64,000 bases of DNA from Octopus vulgaris (GCA_951406725.2 OX597814.1:43648001-43712000); one strand, 5' to 3'. Counted from the first letter of the stretch, positions 43,286-58,767 are shown. Notes: generated from the letters alone by a model not told the origin. Program-made: numbers and translations.

Positions 43286-43380
43286 GCATGCATACATACA
43301 TGCATACATACATGCATACATAAATATATACTTGCATACACACACACGTACGCACACATATACACACAAATACATACAGT
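43190..43380. repeat. Compound (CA)n/(TA)n/(CATA)n microsatellite
   Basis: Directly visible. Confidence 0.95.
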
Positions 43381-43777
43381 CAGAAACGCACATATATTAA
43401 CACTGCCGACAACACGCAATTTATCTACATTTTTCTGGTGTCTACTATGCGATGCACTTGTATGGATTTTGAGTAAACAGAGGTTTGTTATATATTCCCT
43501 GCCAAGAAAATGGAACTGAACATGTTTTGCTTCGTATAGTTTTCCATCACTCTTGCATGAAGTGTTGTCGAATAAACAGCTTTTAGATTCACTTTCCTAA
43601 ATATACACCACTATGCTGTCTAGGCAATGTTGATAGAAATAAAATTTATGTAATAGGATATACACACATACACCTTGTTTTACATCCTTTTCAATTATTT
43701 TTGTTCAATTGAAGATTCATTGCTAAATATCTCATTATATCAGCAAGTTTATTGTTTTATAACCATTTCTTACGTTA

Positions 43778-43859
43778 CATTCTATGGTGTTTATGCTGGT
43801 TAACAAAAGTTGTAGGATACATAAATTGATATATACATATACATATGTGTGTGAATATG

Positions 43860-43918
<59 letters not shown>

Positions 43919-43959
43919 ATGTGTGTGTATACATATTAATATATATATATATATATATG

Positions 43960-44008
<49 letters not shown>

Positions 44009-46125
44009 ATATGTCTCTGTTTGGAGGTGTGTATATATTCAAACGTACATACGTATTTGCATATATTCGTATATATTGTGTTTATTTGGACCTACAACAA
44101 AGACTGTGTCCATTCAGTAAATAATATTTCAACCATCCTAACTGCAACCATCACCAGTACCATATTAAATATTTTCAGCAACAGAATTTACACTGTGACC
44201 ACTATGAGCCTATATATATTATACTCTGATATAATTTGAACACGATGAAAGAGGAGAAAATTAAATAAATAGCTATATAAATAATGAAATAGAAACCTAG
44301 TAAATCATTATGGGCCATCAATTTGTAATATCAAACCTAATATCTAACATTTAATTCTAAATAAACATAATAATGGTTGGTTTCTTTCTCTGGTTTATTT
44401 ATTTTTCTCCTAAGCCTTTCAACAACATTGTTTGAAACTGTGGGATATTATTAAATAGAGACATTTTGCTTTCTAACATATATAAATCTTATACGCATAC
44501 ATACAAATACGTGTGTGTGTATAGATAAACGATGCTACGAAAGATGATGAAATACAGGAGGCTATGTACACACGCACACACTTACACACACACATACATA
44601 CACATAGTTGAAGAGAGATGCAGATAATGTACATATGTATGAATGTATGTTCCTGTAACAATAGACACAGGTGCGCCCTCATGCATACATATATGTGTGT
44701 GTGTATGTATGAAAGTTTGTGTGTGTGCGTGTGTGAGTATTTGTGTATGAAAGTGTGTGGATATGTGTATGTGTTCCAGAAGTGATATATATTTCAGGAC
44801 TAAATATATATTTGATTTCTGTAAAACTAGATATTATTAGCTGTTCCGAATATACACTACATAGATTAAATAAAATTAAACACTGTTTTAAAATACGGAT
44901 GCTAGAAATATATTTAATACAAATATGGATATACAGTAAGACGCATATTATTTTGTTCCATTGTAAAAACTTAGCTGAAATACATTCCATCCAACACAGT
45001 ATAGTATGTTAACGTATTCACCACTTCCTATAATTACTTATACATTTTTTTTTACGTATGATAATTATTTTCAGAACACCATTGAGTAAAGTCTTTTCAA
45101 ATACAACAGCGAGGGGTAAACGTTTAATAAATGTTACACTCATGTCTATACATTCGATTCTCGTTATTCAGATCTGAATTTACTAAAATACAATAGTCAG
45201 TAGGTAACTAGAGTGAATGTAAGTAAATATGAGATGTGTCACCTGAGATTTTAGGTTTTATCAGATTTCGAAAATGTTTCTGTGTGCCCAATCTACAATA
45301 ACACGTTATTTACTTAAAATATGCTTTGAATTTATTGATCTAAAGAGGTCCCAGCATGCTCATGTTTGACATTAGTAAGAATTTAACATGAATTAGATAT
45401 TTTCAGGAATTAGGTTTTCAGGAACTTAAATTAAGTTTTGACTTTAAAAGCGTTAGAGATTACTAGTGAAAAGTACTTACGATGCCTAAACACGCAGCAT
45501 CCTCCGTCCATTTTGAATAATAAACATTCTCATTCACGTGACTCTGATCTTGAAAAAAGTTAATATGCAGGGTTATCCGTCGAAGTTGCTAGGGAAGTTT
45601 TGGATTCAGAAAGAAATTAAACGTAACGGAATATCACATGACTGATTGATGGGAATTGACATATATTTCTATTGATAGTTGACAGGCAACTTCAATCATG
45701 CTTGCTTGAAATGAAAAAAAAATGAACACATTACAAAGTTCATAGATCATCGTGAGAGATTATAGATTGGTAATTATCGGTATGCTTTCCGTACGTATTT
45801 TCGAGGAATGTGTAGTCACTCTAAGACTGAGGTACTTACTCTTGTCCCTCTACGTTATCCCATCTGAGGTTTAATATGTTACAGCAAGTGAGAGAGTGGG
45901 CTGAGCTGCCGTACGGCTGGATTTGAACGCAAACCAGTTGACTAGTGTACGCTGAAAGACAGTGCATTACTGAAAGAAACAAGGCAGTGCACACCTAAAG
46001 ATTTTAAAAGTATGAGCTTACATTGCATTCTATGGTGTTAATGCTGGTTATCGAACTACAAAAGTTGTTGGCTACATAAATTAATATATACATATACATA
46101 TGTGTGTGAATATGTTTATTTATAT
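43778..46125. repeat. Dispersed direct repeat of ~95 bp (43778-43870 and 46027-46125), each followed by (TA)n
   Basis: cattctatggtgtt.atgctggtta..acaaaagttgt.gg.tacataaatt.atatatacatatacatatgtgtgtgaatatgttt in both copies. Confidence 0.85.
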
Positions 46126-46146
46126 ATATATATATATATTAGCAAT

Positions 46147-46189
<43 letters not shown>

Positions 46190-48788
46190 CAATAGGCCAT
46201 AAGCCATTACAGTAAAGACAATTGGTGCTATGATGCCTTTAGTCAAACTGACTGTACACAACTTTTAACAAAGTGGACAACGTGATGCAGAGTGTTTATT
46301 TATTTACAATGTTTGCAATGACTTTATAACATTTCCTTACTTGCTCGGAGACCATCATATGTTCTGACATTCTAGCTACTGGTCTGCACCTGTCCAACTT
46401 TCGACAGGGTAAATGAGGCTGGTAACGAACAGATTAGCATGCGTTTTGGTAAATGGATGCACGTTATAACTATTGAAGCTGGCCTTGTAATTTTGTGAAA
46501 GTTCTGAAATTTTAAATCCTTTAATTTATGATGTTTTACTGTTTTATTCTTCATACCTCATTTAAGGTGGACATATTTCTGTTCTGTTTTAAGTTCAAAT
46601 CATATTGCTACAGGGATGTAGCGTTTATTAAATGTCTCGATCCAGAGAAGTGCATATACCCGTATTGTCACTTTGTAATTAATGTTTGCGACGTATGAAT
46701 TTCTTCTACACCACCTGAATAAGTTAAGCTGATATTATATTTGAGTAGATTAATGAAGCATGCTTCTCCACTAAATAGGAAGTTTCTAGGACTTCAGAAA
46801 TCTTAGGTTGCATATTAGAATGGGAGAAATTGCGTGTGTGTGTGCGCGCGTGCGTATATTTAGTTGTCTCTTTAGAATTTTCAAACGATGTCCTGAAGGT
46901 AAGTGTTTGTCGATACGAAATAGATTTAAATGGATAAATTCCGTCGAAAGATGGCTAACAAAAAATCCCACTACCTTCGGTAATGTTACATATATATAGA
47001 CATAGAACGATAGAAATAATTTCAAAACAAGCTCAAATGATCCGCTGATGATTTACAACTCTATTTATTGATGTATTGCAGGTGACACAAACGATTTCTG
47101 CAGCTTACACACCTAGAAATATTCTATTAATCTGCAAGCAGCTGTGATATACGATAGACAGATTTTTAAAAAAAACTGCATTTCAACATGCTTTTATGAT
47201 ATGTTACAAACATGCAAGAAGACTGAATTCTGCACATTTAAGATATTTACACAATAGAAACAAGATACCCTGTCTTTCTCAGTTTCTCTATTTCTGCATA
47301 TATGTGTGTGTATCATCATATCACCATACGCATATATTTATGTTGGTGTGTGCTTGTGTATATGTGTGCATGTTCGTATGTGCGTGTGTGTGTGTGTGTT
47401 CGCACGATTTTGCATACAGTTATAGTCATTTATTCTATCTTTCTTATAAAGGTCCCAGTGGTAGGACTACGGCGACGAAGTTTGGGCACTGTTTTTACTT
47501 TCTTTCAGTTTTGTTGTTGCTTTATGTTGAGCTGTGATTTTCTACCAACTGATTTTCCTGCCTGTATCCTTCAATGGCTGGCTGGCCAGATATCGTAGTT
47601 AGTAATTTATTTCATGTTTCAGTAGAAGCCCCTTTCATAATTCTGATTTCTTTTGGTAGATATTTGACAAATTTAGGACCACTAAATAGCGAACTGGTGC
47701 AATAGAATATTCTGCTTCTTATTTCTAAGTTAATATATTCAGAAGCTGGCAGTGTCTACCAGTTCGTACATTTAAATATGAAAATTAAGGCTCCCTCTTA
47801 AAAGTACATTGTCCCTTGGGCTGGCATCACTTAGGGTTCGGTTTATGAATGACAAAGTGTACGTGAAATGATCCTAGTGGTTAAACGAACCAGGAGGACA
47901 GTAGGAAATGACAATTATAAATCTATGATTTATGGTTATAAATCTACGATTCAAGTTATCTAGAAAAAAGAAAAAAAAACAGGAAAAGTTTACAATGTAC
48001 TCACAGGTCTATGATGATAGTAATATGATAGTTCTCAATAACATTTCACCTACCATGACGTTTTAAAACTAAAGACAAGAATCGCGACATATAAACTTAT
48101 TTAAATTTTCATAGAATCAACTTTCACATTAAATTTTCACATAATCAACTTTATATTCTGATGATTACAAATTTGTGGATTTCAAAGTTTTTGAAATTTT
48201 TTTTTTTTTCTTCTTTTAAACAAAGAAAATTTCATCTGAATTGAGCTCAATTGAATACAGTTTCTTTGGCAACTGATTGACATCAAAGGCACTTTTCAGA
48301 AGTGTTTTGTATCACGTAAATTTTTCTTTTGAATGTGAAAATGTATACATGTTCGTAGTGGTTTGTTTGCAATTCGAGTTTTAAGTTGACTCTTTTTTCA
48401 ACGTTGTAGTTCGATTCATTTTGAATTTAATAAAGTATCTGTATGGATATGAGAGAGAGAGAGAGAGAGAGACAAAGTTTAAATGTGTATGTTTGTGTCT
48501 CTGTGTGTGCATGTGTGTTTGTATCTGTACGTGTGTGCATCTATATGCGTGTGCGTGTACATATAAATAATCTTCATAAATCTTACTGGGTGTAATTATT
48601 TTCTGGCCACATTATAAAAACAATAAATATTAGGTATGACTTAGTTATGTAAAAAATTATATATGCATATAATTTTAATAAGGCACCGAGCACATGTTCA
48701 CTGCTATTAAGCAACGTTGATATATTATTGGGTGATCTTTTGTGATACGTATGTATTTAATAATATACATACATACATACATACATCC

Positions 48789-48832
<44 letters not shown>

Positions 48833-48836
<4 letters not shown>

Positions 48837-49060
48837 TATAATTTAGGGCGTCTAAGAGATATCACCACGCAGAAAATAGCAGTCGAAACTTGACTCTAAA
48901 ACCATATTAAATGTTTATATAGCACTAGGAGAGAGGACAAAGAGACAAAAGAAACTAGCAAAGTATTACTGGATAATACCAGATCCTGGATTTCTGACTT
49001 AACATAAGAGATGCTCTGCCTTCATCAGTGGAATACACTCAGATAACAAATAAATACAAC

Positions 49061-49136
<76 letters not shown>

Positions 49137-49636
49137 ACATACGGTATACTTACATATACGAACGTATATACATATATATATGCACGTATGTATGCAACCA
49201 GCTTAAATTGCCCGCCTTAAACCTCCTCGTACGATATTGTCAGAATAAACACCGCAGTGAATATAATGACGAAATAAATATATAAATTTATATAAATAAG
49301 GAGAAGATCGATATTTAAATATCGATCTTATCGAGTGGCCAGCATGGGAATAAAAAAAAATTTTCAAATTTAATAATTTTTTAAAATTATAATTTAGGGT
49401 ATCTAAGAGACACCACCACTAGTTAATTTTGTCTCTTTGTCTTCTCTCCTCGTGCTATATGAACAAATAATATGGTTTTAGAGTCAAGTTTCGATTGCTA
49501 TTTTCGGCGTGGTGGTATCTCTTAGATACCCTAATTTATGATTTTAATAATAATTATTACCTTTGAAAGGTTTTTTTATTCCCATGCTGGCCACTTGATA
49601 AGATCGATATTTAAATATTGATCTTATCCTTATTTT

Positions 49637-49640
<4 letters not shown>
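48833..49640. mobile_element. PLE pLTR cluster: copy 48833-49060 with hammerhead, plus fold-back 49291-49640
   Basis: 49291-49418 is inverted relative to 49508-49640; 49419-49545 is inverted relative to 48833-48958; flanked by (TA)n. Confidence 0.8.
48976..49034 (-). ncRNA. Minimal hammerhead ribozyme, intact core
   Basis: Reverse complement attcca-CTGATGA-a-ggc...gtc-a-GAAA-tccagga-TC-tggtat; stem III atcc-a-ggat is self-complementary. Confidence 0.7.
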
Positions 49641-49671
<31 letters not shown>

Positions 49672-52600
49672 ATGTATGTGTGTGTGTTTGTATGTCGGGG
49701 TGTCTGTGCGTATGCATGTGTGCATGTGTGTGCGAGGATGTTGATGTGTGTGTGTGTGCGTGCATGTGTGATTATCTAATATTTTTTTTCAATTGGACTC
49801 TTTTGGATAGGCTTATTTCGACTGCCATTGAATATTTGTGTTAAATGTTTCGATGACATCATTCAGCTTTAGTTATACTTCGAGATTCAATTGCAAAATG
49901 GAATTATTTTTTCTTCTCTCAGAATTTTCTGACGTCAACAATATATAAATGTATGTATGAATGAATATATATATGCATGTATGTACGTATGCATTTATGT
50001 ATGTATGTATGTATGTATGTATGTATGTATGTATGTATGTATGTATGTATGCATGCATGTATGTATATACATATATATGTCCATTTATTGACTTCGCGCT
50101 TTTGTAATAATCACAAAATAAAATGTAATAATATATACCAATATAGAAAATCAGATTTTCAATGACTAACTGCAATCGAATAAAGTTGTATCGCTTCGTC
50201 TTTGGAGTTCAGACTACTTTCTTTGACGGAAATGTTCAGCGCCTCCCATTTGCTTATTAAATGCACATGCATCTTCATAAGAACTTTTCACACAACGAAC
50301 AAAAGCTTTTTTAAAAGGCATTGGCAATTAAGGGAAGTGCGCTTGTTATTTCAGTTACAGATTTTGGAAAGAATTCTTTCATAATTTTCAAAGCACTAAA
50401 GTTGAAATTAGAGGTAGATTTTAAATTGATGATGCAAAAATTGCTGGACTTAACAGTGTTTTTTATTAAAGAGGTAATGGTAATTACGATTTGTTGGCCA
50501 ATGAGAGAAAAACGTTTCAATTAAGAAAATAGTTAGTACTGCAGTAAACACATTTAAGCACGTTTACATAATGCTTCTGTATAACCACTGCATATCCCAA
50601 TCAAAAAGGGTCGATTCAAAGAATCGTCGGACATGTGTTTATTTAATTTATACAAAGTGTCCTAAAAGTTTACATCGCCTTAAATTCATGCTGATATCCT
50701 GCTTGTGCTTTGTCGAGAGACGAACATGAAAGTCTATGAAGGTAGTATTAGACGTGATCCTAAAAATAACACTTTCACTAGGTATATTTTACCTTCTCGA
50801 TTATTTTTATCATTACCGTTATTTATAATGATATATAACTCAAATATCGTACCACTATATATGATTTTGATATATAACGCTTATTGCGTTGACTTTCTTC
50901 AGTACAGTCGTGACAACCTATTTTGACACCAAGTAATTCATCACCCATGATTGGATTTCGACATTAGTAATCAAAGTATAGAAATTTCAATATGCTGATG
51001 ATAATCCTGGTATTATATTCCATTAGTGAAGTACATCAAGCAGCCGGTTCATAGCATTTAAGAAGAGGTTTCGTTACAAAGGGGCAGACTTCCATTATGT
51101 CCATTTGCATACATTTAAAATGTAAGCCATTGTTACAGTAGATATACCATTCCAGAGTGGAACACAAATAACATTGTTTACTTTCAAACTTAATGGAAAC
51201 TATAATAGATTTCGCAGATTATATTACATTTACTTTTACCTGGCATAATTCACCTAAAATTTAGATTACTAATAGTATTATCGCTTCGTTTTTGAGCTTA
51301 ATGTATATTTTATTTAAACCAAAATATTCAGCTCTAGGGTTATTCAGTGGTTACTGATTATTTCTTTGGTTTCGGGATTTATAAACTTTTATGTTCTACA
51401 GTCACATTTTTCCCTTTAGAAACATTTGATATGTAACTGCCAACTACAAAACATAAATCAGGGCAAACAGCTAGATAGACAATACTTAAGAACATAACAG
51501 AATAGGTTTTGAAACAATTTTATATGATGTAAAATGATTTACATTGTTAAATTGATAGAATATAGAGGAGTTTGTTTCAATTATTTGAAGTTACCCGTCA
51601 TTGTATTACAGTGGCTGAAATAAAAATAAAATTAGATCTCGAGTCTCAGCGTGATATGAAATCACATGAATTTAGAACTATAAAGATTACTTTTCTTCTG
51701 TATTTCTCATAGTTGCATATCTTGTACATCATTGTTAAGTATTCTTTAAAATGCCTATTGATTTGTTTATGATTATATAGAAATATTGAAATAACTCAAT
51801 GTAGAATTGATGGTGCCGAAACAGTATTGTAGATCTGTACATAATTATGCTGTGAGTGTTCAGTTATTTATTGTTAATAACATATTTAAATGCAGGCTAT
51901 TTGTTCTGCCTACCATTTACAAATTGTTTCAAGTCTGGCTATTACGGATTTCGTTTTTATCCACGTCGAATTAACTGCATGTCATAGTACATGATCTGTA
52001 AATCTTTGTAAACGATATTCACTTCTGTTCTGCTTAACTACAAAAATCGCTTTCATTTATTTTATAGCTGTGTTTGCGTATTCTGTTTGTAGAGGATTTC
52101 GCTTTCTTTTTCGTTTATGTTGTCTTGGTTCTTTATATTTTTGTATTTGTGGTTGTGGAATGCTATGAAAGAAAGAAACGAATGGTTTTTAGTAGTTTTA
52201 ACAATTGGCATTTTGGAGTTCAAAATTCTATTGGTTAGCAACACGCTGCTTTCGAAGGATGCCATTCAACATCGCTAAACTAATCAGCGCTCGATTAAGT
52301 TGAACAAATATTTTCCCCGAAATAGTGAAATTGCATGTCGTTCTAAAGTGAATGTCATTCATTCTTAAGCAATGAAAGTGTTCCAAAACAATGGTGAGGC
52401 TATTGAGTAATGTTTTTGAGATAAATGATCATAAAATGTATGGTGAAAGCCTACGTAAAACTTAAATATTTGCTGCTGTGAAAATGCCACCATTTCCAGA
52501 TCTCAGCCGTGCATGTCTAGCTATATGAACAAATATCAACATTAACTTTAGCTAATTTCCTTTGAGGGAGTGTATCAGAGATTTGTGATATCAAGTTAGT

Positions 52601-53431
52601 TCTAGACCACTACAATTGTGTTTCCGTTTATTTGAATGTACATGCTTCTTTGATGACACTGTATGGTTGGTGAGTCTTGAAAGCCGCCTCTCCCCTCTCG
52701 TCATTCAATATCAACACCCACTGATTCACCATTGTCATCGCATTGAGGTATATTCGTTTATTTTTGTATGCAACGTATTAGTTGATATTAGTTGGATATG
52801 TTTTTTTTTTCTTTTTAAAGTAGATATATCCTTTTATGCTAAATCTAGAACGTACCTGAGGCAAGTGGGAGAATTTTCATTGATGGGAATTGAAACCTGT
52901 ACCATTGCAAGTAATTAAAGGCGGGTAATAAATGATGCCTTTAAAATATTAACCGATACTGTATATACAGAACATTTTAGTACAGTTGATTGTATTGTAA
53001 TATAGTAGCAAAGTAATGTATCCTAAGCGGCCGTGTTTCCGGTTAGATTCATATTTTAATAAATACGCAACAAATCACTCTGAAATTATTCCACCCTCTA
53101 GACAATGTTAACTCATATAGCCCAATAGATATTTAACGATTCCACGCCATATAATACATCCGAATTCTACAGTTATATACTGTGCTTTCGTTGTAAACAA
53201 ACAAGTGTTTTCTAAAATCTACTTCAAAATCACTGCAACTCATTCGATGAGAGAGACGTTTTCAGTAGTTTCTCATAGAACTTAGCTTAGCCAGTTCTGG
53301 AACACACAGCAGCAGGAAAACGTAGATGCTCAACGTCGATACTGGATAGATATTCCATTTCTCGACCCTGCAGATGAATAGAAAATTCCATCTAAGCTTG
53401 TTTTGTACTCAGAATAAAAATTGCTGGAATA

Positions 53432-54300
53432 CGAGAGTGTACCTAAAAGTATCCGGAAACGTTCTCTGTGGAACAAGCCCGTTGTATTTCAGGCTTTTGC
53501 CGCTACAAACCTCTTGATGGAATCCTTAGACATCAGACTGCCGACCGGTGACGACCAATGGGTCGTACTTGCACGTGGTGCGTCTTTGTTTTGCAGTGCT
53601 TCTCGAATTTTCCGATAACTGAGACGTGCTTCCGTGAAATTCTGTTTTCTGTCGGAGTAAACGGTATCCAAGAGTGTTGTCATGCTTCAAGCAGCTTACA
53701 AGGACGCTGCCATGAGCAAAACACAAGTTTACAAGTGGTTTTCACGTTATAGGAATAGTTATTCTTCGCTTGAATACCAACTTCGTTCAAGACCACCATC
53801 AAGCCCACGAACGAATTAAAACATTATGAAAATTTATGAACTGATCTTGGGGGACTATTGCCGAACAATTAACGAACTTGTTGATATGACTAATGTTTCC
53901 CGGGGCTCATGCCAACGAACTTTGAGCGAGAAATTGCGAGTGAAAAGACTTGCAGGAAAATGTGTACCTCACTTGTTCAGGAAAGATCAAAAACATTCAC
54001 AACTGAATGCCTGTAGTGAAGTGAAGGAGCAGTTGGAAGTTGATCTGTAATACTTTGTAAACAGTTATCACTGATGACAGAAGCTGGTGCTACGACTACG
54101 ACCTGGAAACGAAGCAACAATCAAGTCAATGGAAGCATTCAATATCACCATGCCCCACAGAGTTTCAAGTGAAGACAAATGTCAATATGATGCTGATTTA
54201 TTGCATCTATGCGAAAGGAATTGTCCACAGTATTTATTTCTCCTGGTCAAACTATTAACCAGACATTTTACCTGGGAGTTCTGAAGTGTTTGTGAGACAC
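53432..54300 (+). mobile_element. 3'-truncated, decayed mariner
   Basis: TA-cgagagtgtacctaaaagtatccgg TIR start; MLQAAYKDAAMSKTQVYKWFSR, RTINEL, KCVPHLF, VITDDRSWCYDYDLETKQQSSQW. Confidence 0.88.
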
Positions 54301-54641
54301 GGCGAGACGAAAACGCTCGACCTACACGACTATGTTTGCGTGTTTTGCTTTGTTATATATACAAGTAGCTTTTCTTCAGCAAATTTGTTTTTTTTTTATT
54401 TGGAAAATATGCAGGTTCTGAAATTTGCAGTAGCGATGTACTGGGTGCGTGCTTTTTGTGGTGATACAAATTCATTGAATTCTTTTCCTTGCATGTTATT
54501 GTTCCTTGTTCTGGTTGGGTTGGGCATTCACACACACTACCATAATCCACAGTAGATATAAGTCTTTAACAAATCTTATTTATTTCAGTTGGCCAACGGT
54601 TTTATATATGAGTGGTGCATGAAAGCGTGTAATTTTAATTT

Positions 54642-54683
<42 letters not shown>

Positions 54684-57039
54684 ATTTAGAGGACTGACCA
54701 CTAAAAGTGGACAGCATATATGCTAAACATAGACGTCAAATTGCCTCAAGAAACATCTCAGCAAAAAAAGAACAAAATGTAAAAATAAGCAAGACAAATG
54801 AAAATATACGAAATAAAAAACGATTACCATTGGTTTCACTTCATAATATTTACGTATATGGACACACAAACATCTGCAAGATCAACAGCATAGTCTGTTG
54901 TTTACAAAACACAATTTCCAGAACTAGATACAGAACGCTTAACCGAAATCCAACATGTATAAAGTCCTACAAATTATATATATATATATATATTTGATGC
55001 GTGTTCAGCGGGTTTTATAGATGCTACTTGTAATTCAGAACATTATTTTGCTTGTGTGTGATATAAATATATCTATGTGTTATATAAATGCACCTAAACG
55101 TTGCTTCTTTTTTCTTTTGTTTTCCGTTATAATTGTTAATGAGATTGTGACATAGATATGGTAAAATGTAATTCGGGCGTATTACGTTTAGATTCACATT
55201 GAAATGGAATTCGGTATAGAAGTGTTGCCCAGTATAAATAATAATTCCGTTGAATTTGATATTACTGTATTACTGAAAGTTCCGATTTTCATCAATATCT
55301 CTACTAGAAGATATTTCATCGTGCATTATAATTGAAGCACTACCTGAAACTAGATTTACTACTCAGTAGAATTTTGTTGTAATAACTGAAGTTGTTATAA
55401 CATGTGAAGATGAGCATAACTAACAACGTGCATGTGCTATTGTACAAACTTGGCGAGAGACATTTGTTGTGTTATAGAACACAGGTTGGTTTGAGATATA
55501 TCGATTTTAAGGTGATGTTTCATTCAAAGAAGAATTCCATTCAATTTATTCCAAATCTGTGCATATTATTTGCTGGATGCTTAAGTGGATTTTCCCGAAA
55601 TATTTTGCATTAATTGTGCGCTAAATTTATTAGCTGTGCCTATATTATTGTAAAGAATCACCGTTTTCTGTAGTCTAAATCATATTCAAACCGCAATATG
55701 ATTATATTATAATAGCCATGTACATCATGAGCCCCATACCTTGTAAAGTATCAATTTACTGGAGATTTCCACTTAGAATGGATTGAGAACTTTCCTGATT
55801 TATCATTTTTTTAAATTCTGTAAGTATTCTGTAAGATATGTAAGCATGGTTCTTATGACGTTTATTTATCAAAATTTCCCCTTTTGTCATTTTTATACAA
55901 TTCTCTTCTCTATGAATTCATGAGCGCTCTAAGTGGGGCTGGTACACTGCAATACTATGTTGAATCTTCAAATTTTAAGAGACATCTTATATATTTTGTT
56001 TTCAACAAATGTGACACCTTGCTAGATACCAGTCGATTGGCTAAAGCAAAGTGATAAAATATTCAGTTAAATTGTTTTTTCCAATTAAAATGCTACCTTT
56101 CATGTCAAATTTATTCAGTTGAAAGTTTCTTTAAAAGTACTGGAAACTTTAAATGTACGTTTATTTTCATTTTCAGAAAAAGAAACAGATGTTATTTATA
56201 TTCAGTGCGCTATGACTGAATAAACCTTTAAACATTTTGTTTGGTTTTCTCAGAAACGAATAAATAAATAATCATGTCATAATTATACCTGCATAAATAT
56301 CATTCCTAAAGATTGTCCTGTTTTCATCATTATGATGTGCCCATCTGATTAGTGTAAATGAGATGTGGCGCTAATTTTTAATAAGTTGTGCACACACATA
56401 AGCACTCCACGTGTGTAAATGTATGCATTCTAGTAATATTTATGGCAGACATTGAATGTCAAAGAGACTTCATAATTTTGTCCACAATATCAATGTATGC
56501 TTTCATTGAAATTTATAAGCCAAATTTCCTCGTAGATGAACGAAATGGTTAATGATAAATTTCAGTTAATATTCACCAAAAAGGATGTCTCTATGAATTT
56601 AGTTTCCAAATTCAAAATTCTTGTACTTTTATATGAACAATTGTCTAAGAGGAAAACAATATGTTTATGTTACGAACAGCAGAATTCACCGTTTTACTGA
56701 CTCAATTTTTGTATAAAGTAGATTGCGCTGTTTAAAATAGGTAGTTTCAAGCGAGTGAAGAAACAGATTTCAATTGAAATGGAATTACGGCATAATTAGT
56801 TATATTAATGATAGACATTTTAGAAAAGTTATCGCTCTTTCTATTACCGTCCACTTACTCTAGTTTCCATGTCATTATTTTCTTTCATCGTATAATCTAT
56901 AGTTGTATTTGAGAGGGAAACATTAATGTTCATGTTATAGGGTTGTGTGAGGGAAACAACTTAAATGTGACGATAAATATGAATGAAAATTAAATTTCCC
57001 TTGTTCTGTATATATGAATTCAAAGAATAAATTGAATAA

Positions 57040-57162
57040 GTTAAGTGTTTTAAAATTTATTTTGTTCGTCGTATATTTTCTTCGAAAATCATCTTGATTT
57101 AAGCAGAGTGTTTGAGAGATAGGCAGTCATACAAACAAACACAGAAACAGCTTTTATTATAA
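57040..57162. mobile_element. Possible Helitron-like non-autonomous element end
   Basis: ...gagataggcagtcatacaaacaaacacagaaacagcttttattata resembles ends of small Helitron-derived repeats; recognition from pattern only. Confidence 0.3.
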
Positions 57163-58555
57163 AATACTTTGGTTGAGTGAATCATTAGATTTATTAACAA
57201 AAACACGAATAAATATTTAGACGCACATAAGTCGCTACTACTAGATTTATTGACTGCTCCATTATACTTTTCCATTGTCGATATTCTTATTTTACCACTC
57301 TTGATATACTGTGTTACTATAGATTGTTTGATTTCGAAAGGTATGCTGTCAAATTACTTTCGGGAAGTAGTTTATTGCATGCCTTCGATTAACCAAAATT
57401 GCTTCGGTTTCACTAACATCCCGCCTTTAACGGTTTCTTTGTTATTGTCTTCTATTCGCGTATAACATAATGTAATTCTACGGAAATGCAATCCGCTTAT
57501 TTGAGAGTATATAGGTTATAGCTTTCTACTTCATTGATCAACATATAATCGACCATTCTGAAGATTTAGGATCTAATATCGTTTCCTATTGAAAAGATCA
57601 GTTTTTGATACAACATATAGTTTACTGAATTTAATCCGAAATTTGGGCAATTACTGATTCCAGAAACATTTCTTTTCCTGATAAATTCTCGAACCTGTTA
57701 TGTCTATAATGTTATGTTTCTTATATTTTGTATCCTTTCTCATTCCTTGAATACATTTATAGACCTATATGTTTTGGTAGTGTATTCTTTCAGAAATAAG
57801 CAATTCTTTTGATGCTGCTGTATCTCCCACATTGCTGAATTTATTGGCTTTTGTTATTTTTACATATTTGTTGTTGGACGAATATATCAAGTGTTTCTTT
57901 TCATACATGCAAAAGATTTAGTTGCATCATGGAATATATCCATGATAATGTTGAATTTTACCAAATGATAATGTCCAAAAACTATCTTATAAAACCTCCA
58001 TGCCAAATATATTGCTGGGTTTAAAATCATGAATGCATTAAACAGAGAATGTCGAAATGTGCAGTTCTTCACCTGTGATGACGCGAACAATATCAGGACC
58101 TTTTGCATTATCGTAAAACAAAAATAAATAATACAACTACCAACGGTAATCAGAGTATCACCCTCAAGCGGCATAATCACACCACCATCAATAAAAATAC
58201 TGCTGCATCAGCAAATTTTCCATTGGTAACAATTCAGTTAATATCTAACCCAACCGGAGTGCCAAACTCTAGCTTCATTGATACTACTTCCTTTGAAAGA
58301 ACGAGATCATCAGATGCGAATGAGGATTCACATGTTTCCGTAGCTTTCTCAGCTACCATCAGGGATGATAATCATGCTGAGGTCAAGAATAATATTTAGA
58401 TGCATAACGTAAAATACTCTTACGATTTGAGATGTATTGCAGGATTTCTTTAATATATGTTAGGAAATTCAATCAAAAGACAATAGCTTTGAAAACAAAA
58501 GAAGTTTACGAAGCAGGAAGAAAATCAAGAGCAAGCACTAAATTAATAATATCCT

Positions 58556-58767
58556 TTTCTACTCTAGGCACAAGGCCCCAAATTTTGGCAGAGATGGCCA
58601 GTTGATTAGATCGATCCGAGTATGCAAATGGTACTTAATTTATCGACCCCGAAAAGATGAGAGGCAAAGTCGACCTCGGTGGAATTTGAGCCCAGAACCT
58701 AAAGACAGACGAAATATCGCTAAGCATTTCGCCCGGCGTGCTAACGATTCAGCCAGCGCGCCGCCCT
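58556..58767 (-). mobile_element. Full-length Meta-SINE-like SINE with 19-bp TSD
   Basis: actaaattaataatatcct (58537-58555) and actaaattaatgatatcct (58768-58786) flank the element. Confidence 0.9.

Noticed and set aside
58103-58399. 98-aa ORF rich in Asn, Thr and Ser
   Set aside because: Low complexity, non-ATG start, no domain; resembles decayed trinucleotide repeats.
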